The notes beneath the pieces are model-generated. The model saw only the letters and a list, made by a program, of their open reading frames with translations. It was not told the origin of the DNA and did not search any database. The translations under genes and the position numbers were made by a program. 64,000 nucleotides of DNA from Methanobacteriota archaeon (GTDB taxonomy: Archaea; Thermoplasmatota; Thermoplasmata; SG8-5; DAIRED01): contig JAZDNO010000019.1 in assembly GCA_043799545.1 (NCBI GenBank), positions 32,001 through 96,000 on the forward strand. Reading direction: 5' to 3'. The stretch's first letter is position 1. Each line of letters begins with the position of its first letter. This document shows positions 20,901 to 28,800 of the stretch, piece after piece.

Positions 20901-21012
20901 CCAGGACTGCCGAGCCGTCTCCTGCGAGCGCCCGTTCAAGGCGAGACCTCAGCTCTGCCAGCTCACTGGACCTCCCCACAAGCGCGGGCTTGAACGAACG
21001 CTCTGCCTGCAT
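17932..21012 (-). CDS. STAND/AAA_16-type NTPase with longin-like insert and C-terminal TPR array
   Basis: LVGRSSEL, Walker A GEAGIGKS, Walker B LYLDDLQWAD, GGNPFY and repeated ASLNNIG/AGNLG TPR helices. Confidence 0.85.
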   Translation of the reverse strand: MQAERSFKPALVGRSSELAELRSRLERALAGDGSAVLVSGEAGIGKSRLCEEALATAEEKGASVARGWCVESTLEPLHPVREALAGLGIAYVLDDDPPPELLCLYLIDQGGVLVASAAKPGGGSDGASGKGGVDADIFSGMLQAISNFAKDSLSPLGAGQANLGSISYGNFRITLRSRSGLSLASITMGRENEPLLAEMDELLSELGPGLSGWSGNVAETDMAKSALESLVRSGRYEGRHLVDDPGLRKNGLLSNILAGLSRKAAEKPIVLYLDDLQWADPTTVSLVHYLARSARGTRMLILGTFRPEDVAPADGKQHPLASAMKTMSREGVVSIIGLERLETERSRDLVESALEGSTLEEAFYSRLQREGGGNPFYTLELLRLLRESGVLSLDEGGRWRLAKAVDELEMPERVADIVNRRFDRMPPEDARLLSAAAVLGEEFALEALGDLTGAARMDLLGRLDFIECGTGLVRSGAAGYRFDHSKVREAAYGRMGAGMRRELHRMAAESMLRTSAPGKLSEIALHLHNAGDPRAPAHLVAAARDAKRRFAIEEAAKLYRLAKESGDIGRDAMMELGDCERYMGLYDSALTIYEGLLPEAAGQDRGKVLTLMAEAHDMKSDWPSSLRLGGEAFAILEPLGPSAELTRTCHVMYYAHLKRGEVREAESWARRQMEIAGGSGDEAALASAEHVLGTLFLQTRRFDEALPHLEKAAAGRRALADLAGLGASLNNIGAIHHSRGAWEKAAGYYREALSVKRSISDLRGIASTAGNLGIISKNQGDPRGALRYMEEALGIRKRIGDLTGQCSNMIGIGLMWQDMMEFEKAENYISGSRELAERIGDLPSAGTACANLGDLHLQAGRPAEARGFLERGMALGAEVGDRLMQSLCRVSLAEVCTGEGRLDEAAGLLAGAKADADSMKADNLLAVYHRVAGLLEAAKGDASSARGHFEKSIEIHARLNEGFPLARAKRTFALFCAKSGDPSTANKMSGEVLEFAKAAGAGSLEKAVLEENPHLDQPTDSSRTQA

Positions 21013-21056
21013 CCGGCACTCCCGTCGCCCAATCGCTCCGTGAAATAATATCCTTT

Positions 21057-21824
21057 TCATCTCCGGGCGCGAGTCTTCCTCGGCTCGACCATGTTGTCCT
21101 TCCACTTTCCGAGCCTGGTGCCGTCCATGAGGTAGATATCAGCGCTCGATGTATCCAGTATCCCGCCTTTGAACAGCGGGCCGAGGATGTCCCGCCCCCG
21201 CTCGTTCACGGGCGTCCCGCCGCAATAAGGGTGCAGGGCCGGTAGAAGCACGAATCCTTTTGGCATATCCTCATACCTGTCGTTTTTCCCGGCCTTGCCC
21301 CTCAGCCAGCATTTCTCTGTCGCTCGGCGGCCTATCCCGTCGACGAAGAGCGCAGTCGGGTGGGCGTGCGCGACGAACAGAGTCTTGGATGCGAACACGG
21401 TTTCCGATGGCCAGGAATGCCCGTGGCAGAAACCGAAGTCCCCGATGGTGAAACCTGAAGCGGGATGGATTTTAGCCCACTCTGGCGCCAGGTAGTCCAA
21501 GCCGCCGTCGTGGTTCCCCCTCGCCAAGTCCACGCGCTCGAACTGCATCTCCAGAGTGCGAAAGAAGCGCGGCACTTCGTAGCGCTCCTGGTCCGACATC
21601 CTCGGAAGGTTGTGTTTCGCGTCCCCGGCGATGACGAGCTTCGTCGCGCCGACCGCCTCCCCCATGGAAACGAGCAGGCTGGCCATCGCCATAGTCTGCG
21701 ACGGCACCTGCACCCCGCGTGACGATATCTCGTGCTCGATGCCTATGTGAAGGTCCGCGGCGACAAGGTATTTCCCGCCGTCGTGTTCGAACGTAAGCGC
21801 GGGGCGGCCGTGAATGGGCTCCAT
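21057..21824 (-). CDS. ICC-like metallophosphoesterase
   Basis: ADLHIG, AGDAKH, GNHDG, CHGH and AHAHP. Confidence 0.85.
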   Translation of the reverse strand: MEPIHGRPALTFEHDGGKYLVAADLHIGIEHEISSRGVQVPSQTMAMASLLVSMGEAVGATKLVIAGDAKHNLPRMSDQERYEVPRFFRTLEMQFERVDLARGNHDGGLDYLAPEWAKIHPASGFTIGDFGFCHGHSWPSETVFASKTLFVAHAHPTALFVDGIGRRATEKCWLRGKAGKNDRYEDMPKGFVLLPALHPYCGGTPVNERGRDILGPLFKGGILDTSSADIYLMDGTRLGKWKDNMVEPRKTRARR

Positions 21825-21891
21825 GCAATGGGAGGGAACGCGCAATGGCGAGAAATAGTTTGCGCGAAAATGACATAGCCGCTTCAGGCGC

Positions 21892-22350
21892 TCAAAGCTT
21901 CAGCCAGACCATTGTCTGCCCGTGCAATAGCTCCCCGCTCGGCCTGAACCCCAGGCTTTTATACAATCTCTCTGCAATCCTGTTATCCGGCTCGTAGGAA
22001 GTGCCGAGCCTGGCGCATTTGCCGTGCGTCTCCTCCCGGATTCGCCCGATGAGCATCTCCATCGCCCTTCTCCCGTGCCCCTTCCCCTGGTACCTGCGGT
22101 CTATCATGAGCCTCGTGAGCCAGGCACCCCCAAAGTCGTTTTCAGGTGAGTAAAACACGGTCCCGACCATTGTTTCGCCGTCATAGACTGCCAGCACCTT
22201 GTGGTCTTTGTAGATGTGGGCCTCGGCGAGCGACATGACGTTCGGCCTGTTCGACTTGAAGTAGAAACAATCCTTCTGCTCCGGATGGACCTCCAGGTCA
22301 ATGCATTCGTGGAAGTTCTTGTCAGTTATCTCTTCGAATCTGATGGCCAT
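21892..22350 (-). CDS. GNAT N-acetyltransferase (polyamine acetyltransferase-like)
   Basis: RLMIDRRYQGKGHGRR acetyl-CoA motif and AERLYKSLGF. Confidence 0.88.
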   Translation of the reverse strand: MAIRFEEITDKNFHECIDLEVHPEQKDCFYFKSNRPNVMSLAEAHIYKDHKVLAVYDGETMVGTVFYSPENDFGGAWLTRLMIDRRYQGKGHGRRAMEMLIGRIREETHGKCARLGTSYEPDNRIAERLYKSLGFRPSGELLHGQTMVWLKL

Positions 22351-22486
22351 GGAGCGAAATGATGGTGGCCGTTGATTAAGTTTGCCCTGCCGCTCCCCGG
22401 CAGACATCCTCATGTGACCATACCTCTCGAAATGGTTTGCATGCGAAAGTATTTGCGCAGCCATCCGATATCGCGTTCGGGATGCG

Positions 22487-23245
22487 ATGACAAAGAACTA
22501 TTCGGAATGGGCAAGGTACTACGATGCGATGACGGATCCGGAATTGCTGAAGCGGGAGATGCCGTTCCTCCTGTGGGTGTTTCGCAAGTACGGGCGTAAG
22601 GAAACGCGGAAGTTACTGGATGTCGCGTGCGGCACTGGGCGCCACTCCATACCTTTCGCCGAGAATGGATTGAACGTGACAGGAGTGGACCTAAGCCCCG
22701 ATATGCTCTCTATGGCCAAGAAGAAGGCGAAGAAGCGCGCATTCTCCATCGATTTACGGACTGGTGATATGCGAAAGCTTCGCTTCGACGAGGAATTCGA
22801 CGCCATCATCTGCATGAACTCGGCTTTCAACTACATGATGACGGACGAAGATGCGGTCAAGGCTGTCGGGGGATTCCACAAGGCTCTCAGGCCAGGCGGG
22901 GTCGCCGTAATTGACGTCATGAATTTCGTGAAGCTGATGAGGTCGTTCAACAAGAGGGTGGAACGGAAAGGGGGGAGGGATGGAATAATGTTCGAGTCGG
23001 TTATAAACCACAGAGTCGAGGACTTGCCAGCCATCTTCATTCACGACGAGATCGGAGCCTTCTGGGCCGAAGGGAAGGAGACGAAAATTCACGAGGTTCA
23101 CAGGCTGAGGATGTTCAATTACAATGAGATGGCCAGGATATTGTCCGAGGCTGGCTTCCGCAGGGTCGAGTGCTTTGGCAGTTTCGGGGACAGGAAGGCC
23201 GCGACGAAGAACGCCAAGCGTCTGATTTTCGTCTGCGTCAAGTGA
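22487..23245 (+). CDS. Class I SAM-dependent methyltransferase
   Basis: LLDVACGTGRH, GVDLSPDML, GDMRKL and FDAIIC. Confidence 0.9.
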   Translation: MTKNYSEWARYYDAMTDPELLKREMPFLLWVFRKYGRKETRKLLDVACGTGRHSIPFAENGLNVTGVDLSPDMLSMAKKKAKKRAFSIDLRTGDMRKLRFDEEFDAIICMNSAFNYMMTDEDAVKAVGGFHKALRPGGVAVIDVMNFVKLMRSFNKRVERKGGRDGIMFESVINHRVEDLPAIFIHDEIGAFWAEGKETKIHEVHRLRMFNYNEMARILSEAGFRRVECFGSFGDRKAATKNAKRLIFVCVK

Positions 23246-23249
23246 ACAC

Positions 23250-23975
23250 TCACCGGCCGTGCTTCGGAAGCCCCGCGACCTTTCCGAACATGAGAAGCTC
23301 CCCGTCCGATACGGCGGCGGCTGAATAATCATCGAACGAGCCCAGCATCGGCGACAGCGGCTCCACGTCCCTGCCGGTCACGCTCCTTCCGAACGATATG
23401 GGCGAGAAGGCCGGTAGAACAACAACCCTCTCCGCGGAAGACCAAAGGAAGCACGGCGCCCCCGCCCTCGCGCCCAGCTCGTCCCGCACGCGCAGCGACG
23501 GATGCTCGTGCCCGATTGCGAGCCAGCCCTTCGCTGGACGGCGCGCTTTGAGATGCCCGTGCGCGATTGCGAACTGGCCGATTCGCAGAGAGTCGCGCAT
23601 ATCCAGCTTCCTTCGCCGTAGAATTGTACCGAGGAAGTTGTCATGATTCCCCTTCAGGATGACGGGTTCGCAGCGCCCGTTCAGTAGGTCCAGCAGCCCG
23701 TTCACCTCGTCCCATTCCTGCCTGCGGTTGCGGCCTAAGCTGTGCTTGAGGTCCCCGGCAATCACCAGGCGCGATGGTTCGTAGCGTTTTATTATCGCTT
23801 CGATTCTCTTTTCGATGACTTTATACTGGGTCGAGGGAACACTAGCGCCTTCGGCCCGCGCTTCCGCCTCGTAGCCGAGATGCAGGTCCGCGACGGCGAA
23901 CGCGCGCTCGCGCTCGAACCAGATGCCGAAATCTGCTGTTGCGAAGACGCCGGGGAGCAGCTGTATGGAGTCCAT
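23250..23975 (-). CDS. ICC-like metallophosphoesterase (second paralogue)
   Basis: ADLHLGYE, AGDLKH, GNHDN, AHGH, GHEHPS and LPAFSP. Confidence 0.88.
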   Translation of the reverse strand: MDSIQLLPGVFATADFGIWFERERAFAVADLHLGYEAEARAEGASVPSTQYKVIEKRIEAIIKRYEPSRLVIAGDLKHSLGRNRRQEWDEVNGLLDLLNGRCEPVILKGNHDNFLGTILRRRKLDMRDSLRIGQFAIAHGHLKARRPAKGWLAIGHEHPSLRVRDELGARAGAPCFLWSSAERVVVLPAFSPISFGRSVTGRDVEPLSPMLGSFDDYSAAAVSDGELLMFGKVAGLPKHGR

Positions 23976-24459
23976 GGGTCTGCGATGCCGGGGCTGGTAT
24001 TTGGGGTTTGCGCCTCTCGCCAGCTCGCTCAAGAATGCAAAATAAAAAAAAAGGGGGAGTGAGCCTGAACCCCCTCCCGGGGCGAATCGAGGCCGAAGGG
24101 GCCCTTCAGGGCTTCTATCTCCCTTCCTTTTCTGAGTCTCCAAACGATTTTCGGGTGTGTTTGGCCGGGTCCGCACGGTCCTCCCGCCCGGCGCTGTCCG
24201 GAAATTCCCCTTACTCCGGATTGCCCGGTCCTGTCAAACACGGACGCCTTGCAGCATCTCCCGCGCGTATCGCATCCCCTGGCCCGGTCAAACACTTCCC
24301 CCAAGCTCTTCCTTTTCGAGCCCCTTCAGCCTCTCAATCATCTTTATCCTGCGGGGAGTTTACGGAATCGGGGGTCCGGGATATAGGGATTTTTGAACTA
24401 GGTCTGTTACCTGCAAAAGGGTTAAGTATTATCAGGTTTGTTACCAGATTGGTGTTCAG

Positions 24460-25047
24460 ATGTTCATACCAGGCAGCTCCATGAAAGACGCCGTGCTAGA
24501 ATCTCTCAAAGACGGGGAGATGTCAATCAGCAAGCTACACAGGCATCTGGCCTCCGAGGGATTCAAGATGCACAGGCTCGTCCTGACGGGGTATCTGAAG
24601 GCCCTGGAGGACGTAAGCGTCCTCAGGTCAAAGGACATCCCGCCTTCGAAGGTCTACGACGCGCCCTCGGGGGGAGAGCTGGGGATTTACGAGTCCATAG
24701 GAGCCTTGGCCATGTCCTCGACAAAGGGCGGCGGTGAGGCTTCGAAGCTGGCGGTGTTCGCATTCCAGAAGCTGTTCCGCAGGCCCGTTTTCAGGGAGGA
24801 GCTGAGGCTGGCCGGCTTCGAGGGGGAGATACTCGCCGAACGAATCACCGGGGAGGAGCGCAACGAGGTCAAGCGCGCCCTGGCCAGGAAGGGTCACAAG
24901 GTCCCGGACAACGACCCGGCCTACAGGGTGACGATAGCGGACGAGGCGCTGGAAGTCCTGTGCAGGGACGTGCTCGCCTCCGCGGTGCTGTCGCGGTTCA
25001 AGGCGCACTCGCTCGTCCTGGAAACCAAGCAGACGAAGCTGGGGTGA
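24460..25047 (+). CDS. Conserved archaeal winged-helix protein
   Basis: N-terminal wHTH-like pattern (MSISKLHRHL...LVLTGYLKALED...PPSKVY). The start may be ATG 24481. Confidence 0.7.
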   Translation: MFIPGSSMKDAVLESLKDGEMSISKLHRHLASEGFKMHRLVLTGYLKALEDVSVLRSKDIPPSKVYDAPSGGELGIYESIGALAMSSTKGGGEASKLAVFAFQKLFRRPVFREELRLAGFEGEILAERITGEERNEVKRALARKGHKVPDNDPAYRVTIADEALEVLCRDVLASAVLSRFKAHSLVLETKQTKLG

Positions 25048-25051
25048 GCAC

Positions 25052-25777
25052 ATGGGCAAGCGCTGGGTGGCGGAGAAGAAGCGCGACTACTACTACCGCA
25101 AGGCCAAGAAGGACAACTACCGCAGCAGGGCCGCCTTCAAGCTCAAGCAGATAGACGAGAGGTGCTTTGTTCTCAAACCGGGCAACGCGGTCCTGGACAT
25201 GGGCTCCAACCCTGGCGGGTGGTCCCAGGTCGCCGCGGAATTGGTCGGGGATGCCGGAATAGTCATCGCGGTCGACTTGAAGCCAATGGACCCTGTGCCA
25301 GGAGTGACGTTCATACGCGGGGATGTGCGCAAGGCCGAGGTGATTGACGAAATCCGGGCGGAGCTGAAGGAAAGTGGCGCGACGAAATTCGACGTGATAG
25401 TCTCGGACATGTCCCCGAACATCAGCGGCAACTATGACATGGACCAGGCGCGCTCCGTCGAGCTTTGCGAGGCAGTGCTTTCCACAGCGGACGAGCTCCT
25501 GCGCACCGGAGGCAAAGTCGTGATGAAGGTCTTCGAGGGCGACCTGTTCAAGGAGCTGAAGGCCAAGGTCAAAGTCAGGTTCCCGTACGTGCGCGTCCAC
25601 GGGCCGAAGGCGTCGCGGGCGAGCAGTTCCGAGATATACATAATAGCCAAGGGCTATCACCGGCCAAGCGCTGATGCCCGCGCAAGCGAAGCGGAAGCCG
25701 GGACGGGCGAGGAAAATATTACGGACGCCGAATGGGCCGAGAACAAGCGGAACGAGAAGAAGGGGTACGGGTTCTAG
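25052..25777 (+). CDS. rlmE: 23S rRNA (uridine-2'-O)-methyltransferase RlmE/RrmJ
   Basis: YRSRAAFKL, LDMGSNPGGWSQ, VSDMSPN, KVFEG and ASRASSSEIY, with a GGTGA RBS. Confidence 0.95.
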   Translation: MGKRWVAEKKRDYYYRKAKKDNYRSRAAFKLKQIDERCFVLKPGNAVLDMGSNPGGWSQVAAELVGDAGIVIAVDLKPMDPVPGVTFIRGDVRKAEVIDEIRAELKESGATKFDVIVSDMSPNISGNYDMDQARSVELCEAVLSTADELLRTGGKVVMKVFEGDLFKELKAKVKVRFPYVRVHGPKASRASSSEIYIIAKGYHRPSADARASEAEAGTGEENITDAEWAENKRNEKKGYGF

Positions 25778-25843
25778 GGCGCGGCCAGTCATTGGCAAAA
25801 CGGAAACATCTATATCGGAGGAACCGTTTACGGGCACATAGGT

Positions 25844-28800
25844 GTGGCTAGCATGAGAACAATCGCGGCGGTGTGTGCGTGCGCTTTGTTGTTGGCGGGC
25901 ATCGTGACCGTGGCGCCTGCGAGCGCCAGGCAGGATGTTTTCCAGACAGACGCGGACGAGTTGGTCTTACGAGTAGCCATAAAGACCGACATACAGACAC
26001 TGAATCCCCTGATTGCGGGGGACGATGTCACCTGGAAGGTGCTGCAATGGGTGTACGACACTCCGATTAAGACCGATCTCATAGACCCGTCCAAGTACGT
26101 GCCGTACGTGGCCACCAATTCGATGAATTACACGCCATCATCGCTATTCAACTACGACAACCACACGGACTGGGAACCCGCGGCCCTGTCGGGTCAGATG
26201 ACGGTTTATTACAATTTCACAGGCGTTGCCTTCCACGACGGGCACCAGATGGACATCGAGGACATCCTGTTTTCGTACGGCGTCGCGGCGGCCTTACCGG
26301 AATGGGCTAGCAAAGTCCAGTGCCTGATGGACAAGGGGGGCGGTGCAGGCAGCAACTACTCTACGACCCACTGGCTTGGGCTGAGGGCGTACTGGGAGAG
26401 CGCAGACCACCTCCACGCGGCCCTGAGATTCTATCTGCAGGTCCCGTACGCGGATTTCGCGAGCGATACTCTCGCGGTGATGATTCTGCCCCAGCACATC
26501 TGGTCCATGAAGTTATCGGGCCAGGATGTCGACGGCGCGGACCCGTTCCTGCCCGCGGTCGACCCGAACGTGTGGAAGGCGAACCTTGCCATAGGGTACG
26601 ACAACTCCAACGTGATTGGCTCGGGCCCCTTCAAGTTCGACTACTGGACATCCGGGACAAGCGTGAAAATACTGACGTGGAGGGAGCATTTCAACCATCC
26701 GCAGCCGCGCATCGACGCGATACTATTCAATATATATCATACGTCCGAAGCGGCCATCGCGGCGCTCCAGCAGGGGGATGTCGACTATATCGGATGGTCT
26801 ATAACTCCCGCAGAGGCGTCGGTTCTGGCAAGCACACCCAGCGTCGCAATGTCGCAATCCGCACAGAGAGGGTACATCTACCTCGCCTACAACATGCGGC
26901 TGAAGTCGTTCGGCTATCTGAACAACGACCCGGCGCAGGGAGATTACGGAAAACAGTTCAGGAAGGCCGTGGCCCACTGCATCGACAAATACACGATTGT
27001 CCACGTCCTGCTGCAGGATTTCGCCATCGCCGCGGACGGACCGGTCAGCCCTGTAGATTCGGACTGGTACAACAACAGCCTGCCGCAGTTCAGCTTCGAC
27101 CCGGGCGAAGCCACGCGCATGCTCGATTACGGCGCTGACGGCATAGACGGGAATGCGGACGACTACCAGCTGACGGACCCGGGAAGCCCCCCGGGCGTCG
27201 GCAACTGGTGGAAGAACCCGGACGGAACGGCGATAGGAAGCGGTCCTGGAGGGAAGATAGAGATTCTCACGCCCGAGGCGTCGTACGACCCCGTGCGCGC
27301 TCAGGCCGGGCTCATGATTGCCGCCCAGCTTCAGCAGGTCGGGGTTTATGCGGAATCCGTGCCCTTGGATTTCGCAACTTTGGTCTCCCGCGCGGATGCC
27401 AGGAACTTCGACATGCTCATACTTGGGTGGAACATAGGTACGGAACCGCACGATTTCCTATACGCTTTCTTCCACTCGGATTTTGTGGATGTCGGCCAGA
27501 ACTACCCGGGATACAGGAACACATCGTTCGACGCCATGATAGAGGATGCCCGCAGCACCGGGAGCTTCGAAGTCCGGCAGAAGGACATCATGGACGTCCA
27601 GGCCTGCATCGCTTACGACCGCCCCTGCGACGTGCTCTATTTCAGAACCAACATCGAGGCGTACAGGACGGACCGCTTCGTGAACTGGTCGGTGGGGTCG
27701 ACCGGGTCCATCTACTGCTGGCGCTCGATAGTGGGCATACACCCGCCGGCCACACCCATGGTATCCTTCACCTCGCCCGGAGCGAACGCCGCCGCCTTTT
27801 CCGTTACCCAGGACGTGGCCGTGGTTTTCAGCGAGAGCATGGACACTGCCGTAACGCCGAGCCTCCACCAGATAAATGGCACCGCGGTGGCATATTCGTT
27901 CGCAGGATGGGGCATGACCCATTCCAAGAACGACACGGCGTACTGGACGCACTCTCAGAGCTGGGCTGAAAACGATTACTTAACGTTGAGGGTCTCGGGA
28001 TACGAAGACCTTGACGGCAACGCGGGTGCGGACTTCGAATGGTCGTTCACCACGGCTGACAGCACACCGCCGACCTCCGTGGTTGGAGCAGTTTCCCCCT
28101 ACGTGAGGAACACGACGCCTCTCGCGCTTACCATCGCGGCCAGCGATTCCAGCGGCGTCGCCTACGCCGAGCTGTGGTACAGGCATTCCGCGGACAACGC
28201 CACATGGGGCGCGTGGTCGAAATCCGGCAACGACACTACGTCTCCGTACGCCTACGATTTCACATGGCCAGACGGGGAAGGATACTACGAATTCTTGTCG
28301 AGGGCCTGCGATTTGATTGGCAACTACGACGGCGGGACATCCGTCGCCGAGGCAAGGCACAGGTATTCGGTGGACCTTCCCCCGACCTCGTCCGTCTCGG
28401 CAGTCGCGCAGTACTGGAACAGGGCTTCCACATTGCCAGTCGCCGCCACGGCAAACGACGTCGACGGCACGGTGGCCAACGTCACGCTGTTATACAGCTA
28501 CAGCGCCAACAACGCCACGTGGTCGGCCTACAAGCCCGCCGGCGCGGACGCGGCGGAACCGTGGAGCTGGAGCTTCGCATTCCCAGACGGGCAGGGGCAT
28601 TACAGGTTTTACTCGGTGGCAGCGGACGCAAATGGAAACATGGAGGACGCCCCCGCGGCGTACGATGCCAGATGTGCGTTCGACTCCGCCGCCCCCGCAG
28701 TGACGGACGCGAGTCCGGCGGCCGGGACCACCGGCGAGGCATTTGGCGCAAGCGCCTCGGCCACGGACAATTTCGTCCTGGCATCCGTGCGCGTCATTTA

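Noticed and set aside
17932-21012. Calling the STAND-TPR proteins antiviral Avs systems
   Set aside because: Neither copy has a nuclease, TIR, SIR2, protease or TM effector, and neither sits in a defence-like neighbourhood. Defence cannot be excluded but is unsupported.
24029-24304. 91-aa minus-strand ORF with a repeated VFDR
   Set aside because: The repeat simply reflects the GTGTTTGAC DNA motif. It has a TTG start without an RBS and non-protein-like composition.
24043-24330. SRP RNA or RNase P RNA
   Set aside because: The size is similar, but I found neither the SRP helix-8 motif (GCCAGG...GGAA...AGCA) nor the RNase P GAGGAAAGUCC and ACAGAA regions on either strand.
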